Below, in pieces: positions 1 to 11,889 of a stretch of DNA of 42,266 nt. Source of the stretch: Chiloscyllium plagiosum (lineage: Eukaryota); assembly GCF_004010195.1 (NCBI RefSeq), contig NC_057719.1:46858653-46900918 (forward strand). The letters run 5' to 3'. The number at the start of each line of letters is the position of its first letter. The stretch's first letter is position 1. The notes below the pieces were generated by a model that searched no databases, was not told where the DNA came from, and saw nothing but the letters and a program-made list of their open reading frames with translations. Position numbers and translations under genes: made by a program.

Positions 1-700
1 TTTAACCATTTCAAGACATCCAGCACTTCCTCCTCTGTAATATGGACATTTTTCAAGATGTCACCATCTATTTCCCCACATTCTATATCTTCCGTGTCTT
101 TTCCACAGTAAACACTGATGCAAAATACTTGTCTAGTATCTTCCCTCATCTCCTATGGCTCCACACAAAGGCTGCCTTGCTGATCTTTGATGGGCCCCTA
201 TTTTCTCCCCAGTTTCCCTTTTGTCTTTAATGTATTTATAAAAACCCTTTGGATTCTCCTTCACCTTATTTGCCAAAGCTATCTCATGTCACCTGTTTGT
301 CCTCATGATTTCCGTCTTAATTATACTCCTACTTCCTTTATACTCGTCTAAGGATTCTCTCAATCTCTCCTGTCTATACCTGACATATGCTCCCTTCGTT
401 TTCTTTACCAAAACCTCAGTTTCTCCAGTCTTCCAGCATTCCCTACACCTACCAGCCTTTCCTTTCACCCAAACAAGAATATACTGTCTCTGGATTCATT
501 TTTGAAGGCTTCCTATGTTCCTTTTACCTGCAAACAATTGCCCTCAATCAGCTTTTGAAAGTTTTTGCCCAATACCGTCAAAATTGGCCTTCCTCCAATT
601 TAGATATTTAGCTTTTAGATCCAATCTATACTTTTCCATCACTACTTTAAAACTGATAGAATTATGGTTGTTGGCCCCAAAGTGCTCCCCCACTGACACC
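1..700 (-). mobile_element. CR1 LINE ORF2 fragment (end of APE endonuclease to linker), decayed
   Basis: Minus strand reads VSVGEHFGANNHNSISFKVVMEK-like and YFASVFTVEK-like motifs, homologous to the CR1 segments at 29480-30130 and 22060-22570. Confidence 0.85.
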
Positions 701-2415
701 TTACTGAAGATCATAGATCATGTCTTCTGCTCTGCCCTCATCAATTCTCTTTGTTATTTCTTCAAAAAACTGAATCAAATTCATGAGACATGATTTCCCA
801 CTCACAATGCCACGCTGACTATCCCTAATCAGTCCTTGCCCTTCCAAATACATGTACATCCTATCCCTCAGGACTCCCTCCAACAACCTGCCCACCACTG
901 ACGTCAGGCTCACTGGTCTATAGTTCCCTGGCTTTTCCTTACCACCCTTCTGAAACAGTGGCACCACGTTAGCCAACCTCCAGACTACGGCACCTCACCT
1001 GTGACTATCGATTATGCAAATATCTCAGCAAGAGGCCCAGCAATTACTTCCCTAGCTTCCCACAGAGTTCTAGGATACACCTGATCAGGTCCTGGGGATT
1101 TATCCACCCTTAACCGTTTCAAGACATCCAGCACTTCCTCCTCTGTAATATGGACATTTTTCAGGATCTATTTCCCTACAGTCTATATCTTTCATATCCT
1201 TTTCCATAGCAAATNNNNNNNNNNNNNNNNNNNNNNNNNNNNNNNNNNNNNNNNNNNNNNNNNNNNNNNNNNNNNNNNNNNNNNNNNNNNNNNNNNNNNN
1301 NNNNNNNNNNNNNNNNNNNNNNNNNNNNNNNNNNNNNNNNNNNNNNNNNNNNNNNNNNNNNNNNNNNNNNNNNNNNNNNNNNNNNNNNNNNNNNNNNNNN
1401 NNNNNNNNNNNNNNNNNNNNNNNNNNNNNNNNNNNNNNNNNNNNNNNNNNNNNNNNNNNNNNNNNNNNNNNNNNNNNNNNNNNNNNNNNNNNNNNNNNNN
1501 NNNNNNNNNNNNNNNNNNNNNNNNNNNNNNNNNNNNNNNNNNNNNNNNNNNNNNNNNNNNNNNNNNNNNNNNNNNNNNNNNNNNNNNNNNNNNNNNNNNN
1601 NNNNNNNNNNNNNNNNNNNNNNNNNNNNNNNNNNNNNNNNNNNNNNNNNNNNNNNNNNNNNNNNNNNNNNNNNNNNNNNNNNNNNNNNNNNNNNNNNNNN
1701 NNNNNNNNNNNNNNNNNNNNNNNNNNNNNNNNNNNNNNNNNNNNNNNNNNNNNNNNNNNNNNNNNNNNNNNNNNNNNNNNNNNNNNNNNNNNNNNNNNNN
1801 NNNNNNNNNNNNNNNNNNNNNNNNNNNNNNNNNNNNNNNNNNNNNNNNNNNNNNNNNNNNNNNNNNNNNNNNNNNNNNNNNNNNNNNNNNNNNNNNNNNN
1901 NNNNNNNNNNNNNTGGATGTATTCCTGGGAATATCCTCCCTCAGCACAGCTGTAATGCTATCCCTTATCAAAAATGCCACTCCCCCTCCTCTCTTGCCTC
2001 CCTTTCTATCCTTCCTGTAGCATTTGTATCCTGGAACATTCAGCTGCCAGTCTTGCCCATCCTTGAGCCATGTTTCTGTAATTGCTATGATATCCCAGTT
2101 CTATATTCCTAACCATGCTCTGCCTTCCCGGTTAGGCCCCTTGTATTGAAATAAATGCAGTTTAATTTATTAGTCCTACCTTGTCCCTGCCTGCCCTGAC
2201 TGTTTGACTCTCTTCTGTTCTCAACTGTACCAGTCTCAGATTGATCTCTTTCCTCACTATCTCTCTGGGTCCCACCCTGCCAACTTACTAGTTTAAATCC
2301 TCCTGAGCAGCTATAGCAGGTTTTCCTGCCAATTAGTCCCCTTCCAATTTAGGTGCAATCCGTCCTTCTTGTACAGGTCACTTCTACCCTGAAAGAGATT
2401 CCAATGATCCAAAAA
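701..2415 (-). mobile_element. CR1 LINE fragment: ORF1 C-terminus, endonuclease N-terminus, (gap), RT N-terminus
   Basis: ORF 701-976 gives ANVVPLFQKGGKEKPGNYRPVSLTSVVGRLLEGVLRD. 1914-2160 gives AITETWL...GGGVAFLIRDSI. 2330-2415 gives DHWNLF...DLYKKDGLHLNWKG. Confidence 0.9.
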
Positions 2416-2470
2416 GAAATCAATGTTTTATATTGCCAATTCTTTTCAATGGATGATTATTTAGTTTCAG

Positions 2471-2560
2471 AATATGAGGTGTTGCATAATATTATTGGAG
2501 ACAAAAAGCTTGTCTATAATATTGTCGGAGACACACAATGGGCTGATGTGAAAGGAAGGT
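2471..2560 (+). CDS. Weak candidate internal coding exon (90 nt, phase 1-1), product unknown
   Basis: Acceptor ttatttagtttcag, donor gtatga at 2561. Only one frame is open: (E)YEVLHNIIGDKKLVYNIVGDTQWADVKGR. Non-repetitive context. Confidence 0.25.
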
Positions 2561-3365
2561 GTATGACATTCCTGATTGTCTCAAATTGCTCTCTACATTT
2601 TTGTGAAGTGCTGCCACGTCTCTAAAATGACCAAAAATGCATCAAAAATGATAAAAGCAATTTATCGTTAACCCAAATATGTTAAAATGTGTTGTGAGTG
2701 CTATATTTGCAAGCCTTCAATCAAGGCTTTTGGAACAAAGCTACAAGAAATAAACCTCAGAGCCTTAGTTCAAATAACTTCAAAGTCAATAAACTAATAA
2801 TAGAGATATTTCCCTGAGATTAACAGACTGAGCAATTGCAAAGAAGTTGAAATAAATACTGTAAGGTGCACCTTTAGAGGTACTTTCTGATTCAGAAAAA
2901 TTCAACATAACAGTTGTATAAAATATTTGTATACAAATGGCATATATATGTTAAACAACATTTCTTCAATTTAACCAGAACCGCATTATATCTTCAATTT
3001 TAGATTCCCATTATTAAATTACATTCCCAGCCCCCAACAATTAACTCTCACATTTCATTGTATTTATATTCGTTAGTCTTTCATATGTCCACTCTGCACA
3101 ACTATACATCTTCCTGTTTTTTGTAGCATTCCTTCATTTTTTTTGTTTTTTGCTCAATTAATATAATCTGGAAATTAGGACACAAAGCCTCTAGTTTGTA
3201 AGTCCAAAGTATTCATGTATACTACATAGTGAACAATAGTTGTTCAAGTGCAGATCGCTTGGGACACAACTTCCCACTTCCCACTACTCCAAGAAATATG
3301 CCTTAACCCTGAGCCTCTGTTTTCTGTTTTTTTTAACCATCTTACAATGCAATCTGCTATCTGGC

Positions 3366-3557
3366 TGAAACGTTTAGCTCTGGAAAAGCACAGCAGCTCA
3401 GGCAGCATCCAAGGAGCAGGAGAATCGACGTTTCAGGAGAGCTTATGCCTGAAACATTGATTCTCCTGCTCCTCAGGTGCTGCCTGACCTGCTGTGTTTT
3501 TCCAGTGCCACACGTTTCGACTCTGATCTCCAGCATCTGCTGTCCTCACTTTCGCCT
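3366..3557 (+). mobile_element. Penelope-derived foldback mini-element, family A
   Basis: Inverted arms 3380-3438 and 3448-3505, ending in the family A 3' end (ctctgatctccagcatctgc...cctcactttc). 15-bp TSD aatctgcta(t/c)ctggc at 3351-3365 and 3558-3572. Confidence 0.85.
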
Positions 3558-3597
3558 AATCTGCTACCTGGCCTCTGATTTCAAACACCCTGAAAGG

Positions 3598-4165
3598 ATA
3601 TTGGTTAGGCTACTTTTGGAATATGGCATGCAATTCTGGTCTCCTTCCTATTGGAAAGATGTTGTGAAACTTGAACAGGTTCAGAAAAGTTTTACAAGGA
3701 TGTTGCCAGGATTGGAGGATATAAGCTATAGGGAGAGGTTGAATAGGCTGGGGCTGTTTTCCTTGGAGTGTCAGAGGCTGAGGGGTGACCTTATAGAGAT
3801 TTATAAAATCATGAGGGGCATGGATAGGATAAATAGACAAAGTCTTTTCCCTGGGGTGGGGAGTCCAGAACTAAAGGGCATAGGTTTAGGGTGAGAGGGG
3901 AAAGATATAAAAGAGACCTAAGGGGCAACTTTTTCAAACAGAGGGTGGTACGTGTATGGAATGAGCTGCCAGAGGAAGTGGTGGAGGCTGGTACAATTGC
4001 AACATTTAGAAGGCATCTGGATGGGTATCTGAATAGGAAGGGTTTGGAGGGATATGGACCGGGCGCTGGCAGGTGGGACTGGTTTGGGTTGGGATATCTG
4101 GTTGGCATGGACGGGTTGGACTGAAGGGTCTGTTTCCGTGCTGTACATCTCTATGACTCTATGAC
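3598..4165 (+). mobile_element. CR1 LINE 3' end (5'-truncated)
   Basis: LVRLLLEYGMQFWSP...LRGDLIEIYKIMRG...RVVRVWNELPEEVV, then 3' UTR and ctctatgactctatga tail. Confidence 0.95.
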
Positions 4166-4744
4166 ATTGTGAAGTCCTATGAGAATCAAGCCCTCAAAAG
4201 TTCAGCTCAGAGGTCAGGAATCTCTTAAATGCACTTCATAAAAGGCCATTTGAAAGTTCACGTGCAACACTTCCACTCCATTGTACTTGAAGTCTCATTA
4301 CAGTACTTTTTCATAGAATTCAGCAAAGTTGGTTAAACCTGAACTTCATTTTAGAAATCCATGCTGAATAGTTTTAGTATATTCTCTATCTCCAAATGTT
4401 TTGTTGTCTGATCTTTCCAGTAGTTTCCTACAGTACTACTGACATTGAGCTAACTGGTCTACAATTCCCTGGGTTAGTCCATCTTCTCTTTTTGATAAAA
4501 AATAGAAACTAAATTTCCTGTTTGCATAAGCTTTTTGAGCCAGAAATTATCACTATGCCTCTTTTCTTAAAATGAATATTGAATTTGAATTTCTATCGAG
4601 AGCAATCTTTTGAAAGAGTAACCAATTCTTGTGACCAGAAGAAATGAAATGACACTACTTACTAATGAAAGAGTAGGATTATGACAACTTTACTATTTTT
4701 ACTTTTATACACCAATAATAGACAGTGACAATCATCAAAACTAA

Positions 4745-4835
4745 TCTTCCTGATGAAAGACTGTGAACTTGAAATATGCCTCTTTCCACAGATGCTGCCA
4801 GATCTGTTGAATATTACCATCCTTTTTGATTTCAA
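4745..4835 (+). mobile_element. Decayed Penelope-derived terminal segment, family B
   Basis: cctgatgaaag...gaaa followed by tccacagatgctgccagatctgttga, matching 17900-17990. Confidence 0.55.
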
Positions 4836-5278
4836 TGCAGTGTTACCAATGTGCCAAAGCTGTTGCCTATGGTCCCTTTTCAGTTGATGGTCTGAATTCA
4901 GATTCAGAAGCAACAATGCCTTGTTTTGGAAACTTTCAAAGTTGTTTGCCTCTAACAGAACTTGTTCATAAGTGGCAGAATATGGTGGACTTCCAATTGC
5001 TGTATTGCCAAGCTGTACACAGTAAATCTCCAGCTCCACTAATTCTCCACACTAAACAGCAACAATGGAAAATCTGGGAATATGGAAAATCTGGACCTGC
5101 TGTGAGAGGTCATGGGGAAAACAATAAATGCGTTACAATCTTGTGTAATACATTGATGTATAAACAAGAAGAAATTCCTGTTTAAGAAACCTGTGTTTGT
5201 TGACTTTACATTTTCTTCGATAGAATGGAAAGAAAAAAATATTATTCCCTCTCTAAATGTATGATAAAACCTTGTTAC

Positions 5279-5471
5279 TAAGACCATAAGACCATAAGAG
5301 ATAGGAGCAGAAATTAGGCCATTCAGCCCATCGAGTCTGCGCCGCCATTTGATCACGGCTGATAAACTTCTCAACCACATTCTCCCGCTTTATCCCCATA
5401 ACCCCTGATCCCCTTGGTACTCAAGAACCTATCTACGTCAGTCTTAAATATACTCAATGACTAGGTCTCCA
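5279..5471 (-). mobile_element. CR1 3' end, different subfamily
   Basis: Tandem tail (agaccata)x2 and 3' UTR gataggagcagaaattaggccattcagcccatcgag, homologous to 35214-35300 and 18500-18556. Confidence 0.8.
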
Positions 5472-5612
5472 TCATCTTCTTAACTCTAATAGAAAGTTGT
5501 TCAACTCCCATTAGACAAAATTGTGCATGGACTAAATCTAATCCTTTTAGATTTTAAACAACAATGTTCTGCATAACCTCCATAAGAGCAATTTCTATTT
5601 ATATAATACCAC

Positions 5613-6670
5613 AGAAGACAGAGGGTGGTGGTGGAGGGTTGTCCTTCAGACTGGAGGCCCATGACCAATGGAGAGCCACAAGGATCAGTGCTACATCCAT
5701 TGCTTTTCAACATTTATATAAATGATTTGGATGTGAACATAGCAGGTATAGTTAGTAAGTTTGCAGATGACACCAAAATTGGAGGTGTAGTGGACAGCAA
5801 AGAAGGTTACCACAGATTACAACAGGATCTTGATCAGATGGGTCAATGGGCTGAGGAGTGGCAGATGGAGTTTAATTTAGATAAATGCGAGATGCTGCAT
5901 TTTGGGTAAGCAAATCTTAGCAGGACTTATACACTTAATGGTAAGGTCCTGGAGAGTGTTGCTGAACAAGAGACCTTGGAGTGCAGGTTCATAGTTCCTT
6001 GAAAGTGGAGTCACAGGCAGATGGGATAGTGAAGAAGGCATTTGGTATGCTTGCCGTTATTGGTCAGAGTATTGAATATAGGGGTTGGGAGGTTAAATTG
6101 CAGCTGTACAGAACATTGGTTAGGTTACTTGTGGAATATTGTGTGCAGTACTGGTCTCCTTCCTATTGGAAGGATGTTGTGAAACTTGAAAGGGTTCAGA
6201 AAAGATTTACAAGGATGTTACCAAGATTGGAGAGTTTGAGCTACAGGGAGAGGCTGAATAGGCTGGGGCTGTTTTCTCTGGAGCATTGGAGACTGAGGGG
6301 TTGCCTTATAGAGGTTTATAAAATCATGAGGGGCATGGATAGGATAAATAGACAAAGTCTTTTCACTGGGGTGGGGAGTCCAGAACTAAAGGGCATAGGT
6401 TTAGGGTGAGAGGGGAAAGATATAAAAGAGCCCTAAGGGGCAACTTTTTCAAACAGAGGGTGGTACGTGTATGGAATGAGCTGCCAGAGGAAGTGGTGGA
6501 GGCTAGTACAATTACAACATTGAAAAGACATCTGGACAGGTGTATGAATAGAAAGGGCTTGGAGGGATATGGGCCAAACGCTGACAAATGGGACTAGATT
6601 AATTCAGAATATCTGGTCGGTATGGATGAATTGAACCGAAGGTGCTGTACATCTGTATGACTGCATGACT
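5613..6670 (+). mobile_element. CR1 LINE RT C-terminal half and 3' UTR
   Basis: GEPQGSVLHPLLFNIYINDLD...SKFADDTKIGG, with stops and frameshifts. Ends in a degenerate tatgact tail. Confidence 0.95.
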
Positions 6671-7084
6671 GAGGTGATCAGTGTCAAATAAACACAGCCA
6701 TCTTCCTTTGTGCCCGGTGCAACTCCATCCAGCAGAGAACTCTCCCTAATTCAAATTGAGTTTATGTTTGCGGGGTTTCCTTGATGCTACTTTCCACCAA
6801 ATGCTGCCTCAATGTCAAGGGCAGTCATTCTCCCCTCATGTTTTGAAGTCAATGCCTTTGGCCATTTGTACCAAGCCTGTAACAGGGTGAGGACCTGTAC
6901 AGCCTGAGGGGAACCCCTAACCGAGTGCCACTACGAGATCACTGTGGAGTCAGTGTTGCTTAACAGCACTGTCCACTGCACCTTCTATCACTTTGCTAAG
7001 GATTAAGAGGAGACAAATGGAGTGGTATTTGTTTAAGTTTGATTTGCTCTGCTTTTTGTAGACAGGATATGCATGTGTAATACA

Positions 7085-7424
7085 ATCTGCATCAATGTAG
7101 ATTTCACCAGTTTCCTCATTTCCCCTCCCCCCACCTTATTCCAGATCTAACCTTCCAACTCGGCTTCACCCTCATGAACTGTCCTCCCTGTACATCTTCC
7201 TTCGCACCTGCACGGTCCATCTTCCTATCACCATTACTCCCATCTCTGTCTACTTATTGCACCCTCAGATTCCTTCCCCCAGCCCCACCCACTCCCATTT
7301 ATCTCTCCATGCTCTCGGCTCACAAGCCCCGTTCCCTGATGAAGGGCTTTTGCCTGAAACGTTGATTCTCCTGCTCCTCAGATGCTGCCTTATCTGCGGT
7401 GTTTTTCCAGCACCACACTCTCGA
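7085..7424 (+). mobile_element. Penelope-like element 3' UTR and terminal repeat, family A
   Basis: C-rich UTR homologous to 12105-12340, then an HHR motif and the family A end. Flanked by a degenerate repeat (catgtgt). Confidence 0.85.
7334..7366 (+). ncRNA. Minimal type I hammerhead ribozyme motif
   Basis: CTGATGA(7336)-A-GGGC-TTTT-GCCT-GAAAC-GTT; stem II has one G-U pair. Confidence 0.7.
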
Positions 7425-7777
7425 TACATGTGTGATTGTCTGTCTTGTTGGATAAATGCCAGTGTTGTAGTGTGCTAAATCAGGCGTCTTAGCAATATTC
7501 AAATCAGAAGTGAAATGTGAAGACTTCAATAAAGAAACAGCTAAAAGACAGAATGTTCCATTCAATGCTTGAAATATTAGCATCTGAGAGAAACAAAAGA
7601 AGTAATGCACACTCCAGAAAGGCAGATGAATGAGTTCACAGTCACACCATGATGTTCCAGCTTGTGATCATTATATATCAGTTATCTGATATTGGACATT
7701 GAACTAACATTGATTACCAGGTACTGAAAAATGCCTTTCATTTCATAAGCCGAGAAACAATAGTTTTCTTCATTTCA

Positions 7778-8967
7778 GATGAGGGCAGAGAGGTGGACAT
7801 GATCTATATGGACTTCACTAAGGCTTTCAACAAGGTTCCCCATGGGAGACTGGTTAGCAAGGTTAGATCGCATGGAATACAGGGAGAATTAGCTATTTGA
7901 ATACAGAACTGGCTCAAAGGTAGACAGAGGGTGGTGGTGGAGGGTTGTTTTTCAGACTGGAGGCCTGTTACGAGTGGAGTGCCACAAGGATCGGTGCTGG
8001 GTCATTTATAAATGATTTGGATGTTAGCATAGGAGGTATAGTTAGTAAGTTTGCAGATGACACCCAAATTGGAGGCGCAGTGAACAGCGAAGAAGGTTAC
8101 CTCAGATTACAATAGGGTCTGGACCAGATGGGCCAATGGGCTGAGAAGAGGCAGATGGAGTTTAATTTAGATAAATACAAGGTGCTGCATTTTAGGAAAG
8201 CAAATCTTAACAGGACTTATACACTTAATGGTAAGGTCCTAGGGAGTGTTGCTGAACAAAGAGACCTTGGAGTGCAAGTTCATAGCTCCTTGAAAGTGGA
8301 GTTGCAGGTAGATAGGATAGTGAAGAAGGCGTTTGGTCTGTTTTCCTTTATTGGTCAGAGTATTGAGTACAGGAGTTGGGAGGTCATGTTGCAGCTGTAC
8401 AGGACATTGGTTAGGCCACTGTTGGAATATTGCATGAAATTCTGGTCTCCTTCCTTTCAGAAGGATGTTGTGAAACTTGAAAGGGTTCAGAAAAGATTTA
8501 CAAGGATGTTGCCAGGGTTGGAGGATTTGAGTTTTAGGGAGAGGTTGAATAGGCTGGGGCTGTTTCCCCTGGAGCGTCAGAGGCTGAGGGGTGACCTTAT
8601 AGAGGTTTATAAAATCATAAGGGGCATGGATAGGGTAAATGGACAAAGTATTTTCCCTGGGGTGGGGGAGTCCAGAACTAGAGGGCATAGGTTTAGGGTG
8701 AGAGGGGAAAGATATAAAAGAGACCTAAGGGTCAACATTTTCATGCAGAGGATGGTACGTGTATGGAATGAGCTGTCAGAGGAAGTGGTGGACGTTAGTA
8801 TAATTGCAACGTTTAGAAGGGATCTGGATGGGTATATGAATAGGAAGGGTTTGGAGGGATATGTGCCATGTGCTGGCAAGTGGGACTAGATTGGGTTGGG
8901 ATATCTGGTCAACATGGATGAGTTGGACTGAAAGGTCTGTTTCCGTGCTGTACATCTCTATGACTAT
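7778..8967 (+). mobile_element. CR1 LINE RT and 3' UTR
   Basis: VDMIYMDFTKAFNKVPHG...GVPQGSVLG...KFADDT, ORF 8128-8889 (253 aa), ctctatgact tail. Confidence 0.95.
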
Positions 8968-9001
8968 TTTCTAATGAATCAGCTACAAAAGATAAGAAAA
9001 A

Positions 9002-9480
9002 TAAAACAACGAGCTGTGGATGCTCGAGGCCTGAAACAGAAAAATCCCAAAACTGTTGGAGAAACTCAGCAAGTCTGGCAGCATGTGTGGGGAGAAAGAA
9101 GAGTTAACATTTTGTTTCCAATGACCCTCCTTTAGAATTCCAGAATCAATTGTGTCAATTGAGTAAAAGCCTCTTTACTAACGTTTGGCTCCTCCATAAT
9201 CAAATGCTTACAGTGTGAGGGGGTGAAGCCTGATTGAGTCTACTAGCTCATTTAACTTTCAGTCATATGTGGTCTACCTTGCTGTTGTTAAACACAAATG
9301 GTGAGAGGGGTGAAGCCTTGCCAGGTCAACAAGCCTAACCAAGTAAGGCAGTCACACAAAAATATTGAAGATTACATAATAGAACTTGACATTTAGAACC
9401 AGACTTGAACTGTTAACTCTGATTTGTCCCCACATGCTGCCATACCTGCAGAGTTTCTCCAGCAATTTCAGTCTTTTTTT
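9002..9480. mobile_element. Family B Penelope-derived foldback element with about 250 bp of foreign DNA between its arms
   Basis: Left arm tggagaaactcagcaagtctggcagcatgtgtgggga...agagttaaca (9058-9109) is the inverted copy of right arm tgttaactct...tccccacatgctgcca...gagtttctcca (9411-9461). Confidence 0.7.
9160..9389 (+). repeat. Direct repeat copy 1 (about 230 bp)
   Basis: Near-identical to 10306-10516; the first about 80 nt are identical and there is one indel of about 19 nt. Confidence 0.95.
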
Positions 9481-10305
9481 GCAAAGGGAAAAAAATGTGT
9501 TTATTTTATCATGTGCGAATTTATATATATTACCCAAGATTTTGGACAAATGGGTACAGGAGTGAGGCTAACAACACCTACTGATATGACTGAGTAAATC
9601 ATCTATTAAAATTAATGTAATGCCATGGGTACTTGTCACTAGCTCCCTGTCAGAAAAAGTTAAGGTTGTGCATTCAGGAGTGAGTGAACTTTTAACATTG
9701 TTAAACATGATACTGAGAACCAATCAGCTTCTAGATCTCTAAAAGTTTTATTTTTTAGTTTTGGAACTTAATTCCTTCAAAGGTTAATTAAAGTGGCAGA
9801 TTTTCTGAAATAAAACTTGATTTCTATTTTTAATTTTCCTCTTTCTTTTCTCTGTTTCATTTAATCTCATCAGTTTTCCCAATTGTTATCTCGCTTTCTC
9901 TCCATTATTTAAAATTAATTAATATTTCCTGCCTTTTTACTTCCTAGTTTCTCTGCATATTCCACCAAGGATTCTTCAATGCAATTTATTGAAGTGACTC
10001 TCTGGTTAAAATCGTCCAGGGCCACCCAGTGTATTTTGAATAACAGGTAGGAGGGAATGTAAGTGGGTGGGAGGCAAATCCTCTATTTCCTGACAGCAGG
10101 TTAAAGTATGAAGTTCTCAAAACCTTTCAGGTGGGGCAGCTCTCCCAACCTCTTTTGCGTACACGCGCATACCATGAATTTTCATTAACGGCTCAGGCTG
10201 GTGGAATTACATTCACAGGCACAACCAGGAAACACTCATGATCACAATCCCAGCTGTAGAAGTGGCCTGTATCTAACAAAGTAGATTTCTTCCTCCAAGC
10301 TGTAG

Positions 10306-10516
10306 TGAGTAAAAGCCTCTTTACTAACGTTTGGCTCCTCCATAATCAAATGCTTACAGTGTGAGGGGGTGAAGCCTGATTGAGTCGACCAGTTCTTTTG
10401 ACTTTCAGTCATATGTGGTCTACCTTGCTGTTGTTAAACACATTTGGTGTGAGGGGTGAAGCCTTGCCAGGTCAACAAGCCTAACCAAGTAGTGAAGATT
10501 ACATATTAGAACTTGA
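10306..10516 (+). repeat. Direct repeat copy 2 (about 210 bp)
   Basis: Matches 9160-9389, from tgagtaaaagcctctttactaacg to agaacttga. Confidence 0.95.
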
Positions 10517-10719
10517 TACTTTTCCCAGTGGTCATTGACACTTGTGGAAACTAGATGAGATGATACAGTAGGTGAAGGGGAAAGAGTGGTAAGCGAAAGA
10601 AGGAACTAAGTTGGCATAAAGTATCTGAGGCACCAGCAGTATAGGTAGAAGGGATGAAGTAGCTCAGGGGTATGAGGGACTGTGGGTGATGGGATGTTGT
10701 TAGAATAGGAAGACAACTG

Positions 10720-11043
10720 AGGATGATGTTTAACCCACAGAAGTTTGAGGTGATGCATTTGAGTTGATAATATAGAGACAGGAAGTGGAAACTTAATGGT
10801 ACAGTTCACAAGAGTGAGTATAGAGAGATGAGAACCCCTGGGCTTGTGTACATGGATATTTCATGGTGTCAGAATATATTGAGATATGTATTAGCAAATT
10901 AAATAGGATCTTCATAAATGGGGATATTGAGTAAAAAAGCTAGCAAGTTATGCTGAACCTTTATAAATGTCCAATTGGGTCATCATTCATTGTGAAAGAC
11001 ATGAAGGTCCTTGAAGGAGTTCAGAGGAGATTTAGCAGAGTTG
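10720..11043 (+). mobile_element. Old CR1 RT C-terminal relic
   Basis: FNPQKFEVMH, MLNLYK and KDMKVLEGVQRRFSR motifs. Confidence 0.7.
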
Positions 11044-11169
11044 AATGTTATGACAGTTTTGGAAAAGGCACACCAAAAAAAGCTGTCCCATTAATTGATG
11101 GCACAATGACAGGGCACACAAATATTTGGGTAAGAAATAAAGGATGACATGGCGAAGAACCATTTTACA

Positions 11170-11885
11170 TAGTCCACGGTAACGACCTGAATCCACTCTC
11201 TACCAGGGTGATGAATGTAGAAACAATCAACAAAGTGAGGAAGAGAACAAACAGTTCATTCTCTATTTCAATGATCATCTCCTTTAATAGCCTGGGATGC
11301 AGATCATCAGGCTCTGGGGCTCTCAGTCCTGTTTCTTTTTTAACTAATAAAGCAAACTTTTGATTATCCAGCATTTATGATACCAGAAGTGTACCAGCTG
11401 ATCAGGAAATGAGGAAGGGCCTGTGCCCGAAACGTCGAATCTCCTGTTCCCTGGATGCTGCCTGACCTGCTGTGCTGTTCCAGCAATAAAGTTTCAACTT
11501 TGATCTCCAGCATCTGCAGACCTCACTTTCTCCTCGCTGATATTTCACTCACCCTTTCCTTCTTACAGATTTACAGAAACTCTTAAAGTTTGTTTTTATG
11601 TTGCTTACCCTTTTAATCAACCTCGTGATCCTCCTTTGCTGAATTGTAAATCGCACTCAGTCAGTCCTCACAATTGCTACCTTGTCTAGCAACTTTGTAC
11701 GACTCTTCTCTGGATCTAACACTATATTTATTTCTTTCATTAACCATGGTTGGGCATTTTTTCGGTTGTGTTCATTCATCCAAAAGGAATGTATAATTGT
11801 TAAGATGCATGTATTTGTTCCTTAAATATTAATCATTGACTATCCACGGTCTTGTCTTTTACTGAAGTTACGTAGTCTATCACAG
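11170..11885 (-). mobile_element. Old CR1 ORF2 relic
   Basis: GLRAPEPDDLHPRLLKEM, a decayed KSPGPDxxHPRxLKE motif. Interrupted by 11403-11535. Confidence 0.6.
11403..11535 (+). mobile_element. Family A Penelope-derived mini-element (young subfamily) with micro-inverted 5' end
   Basis: aaGGGC-CTGT-GCCC-GAAACGTC plus the family A end. The CTGAT part of the core is flipped (atcaggaaatgagg). 6-bp TSD gctgat at 11397-11402 and 11536-11541. Confidence 0.85.
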
Positions 11886-11889
11886 CCTC

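Larger units (their letters stand above)
3170..4490 (-). mobile_element. Very old CR1 RT relic interrupted by younger insertions
   Basis: 4440-4475 reverse complement reads PGNCRPVSSMSV (the PGNYRPVSLTS motif). Degenerate RT-like sequence at 3220-3365. Confidence 0.5.
6675..7475 (-). mobile_element. Old non-LTR (CR1/L2-group) RT relic, split by a Penelope fragment
   Basis: Minus strand reads PVYKKQSKSNLNKYHSICLLLILSKVIEG and a decayed ALDI.AAF.RV motif. Homologous to 29150-29350. Confidence 0.65.

Noticed and set aside
1192..1980. 262-aa ORF
   Set aside because: Open only because it crosses the N gap; the real residues are CR1 endonuclease.
2489..2535. Short tandem duplication ataatatt..ggagaca, and CRISPR-like arrays in general
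   Set aside because: Only two degenerate units. No regularly spaced repeat-spacer array exists in the window and the DNA is eukaryotic.
3445..3894. 149-aa ORF starting MPETLILLLLRCCLTCC, signal-peptide-like
   Set aside because: The N-terminus is a translation of the family A repeat (recurring at 7257, 17068 and 41651) fused to CR1 RT.
4662..5380. Overlapping 113-125 aa ORFs on both strands
   Set aside because: They start or end in repeats, show no recognisable motif and lack a convincing splice pair. The unique core 4840-5190 remains unexplained.
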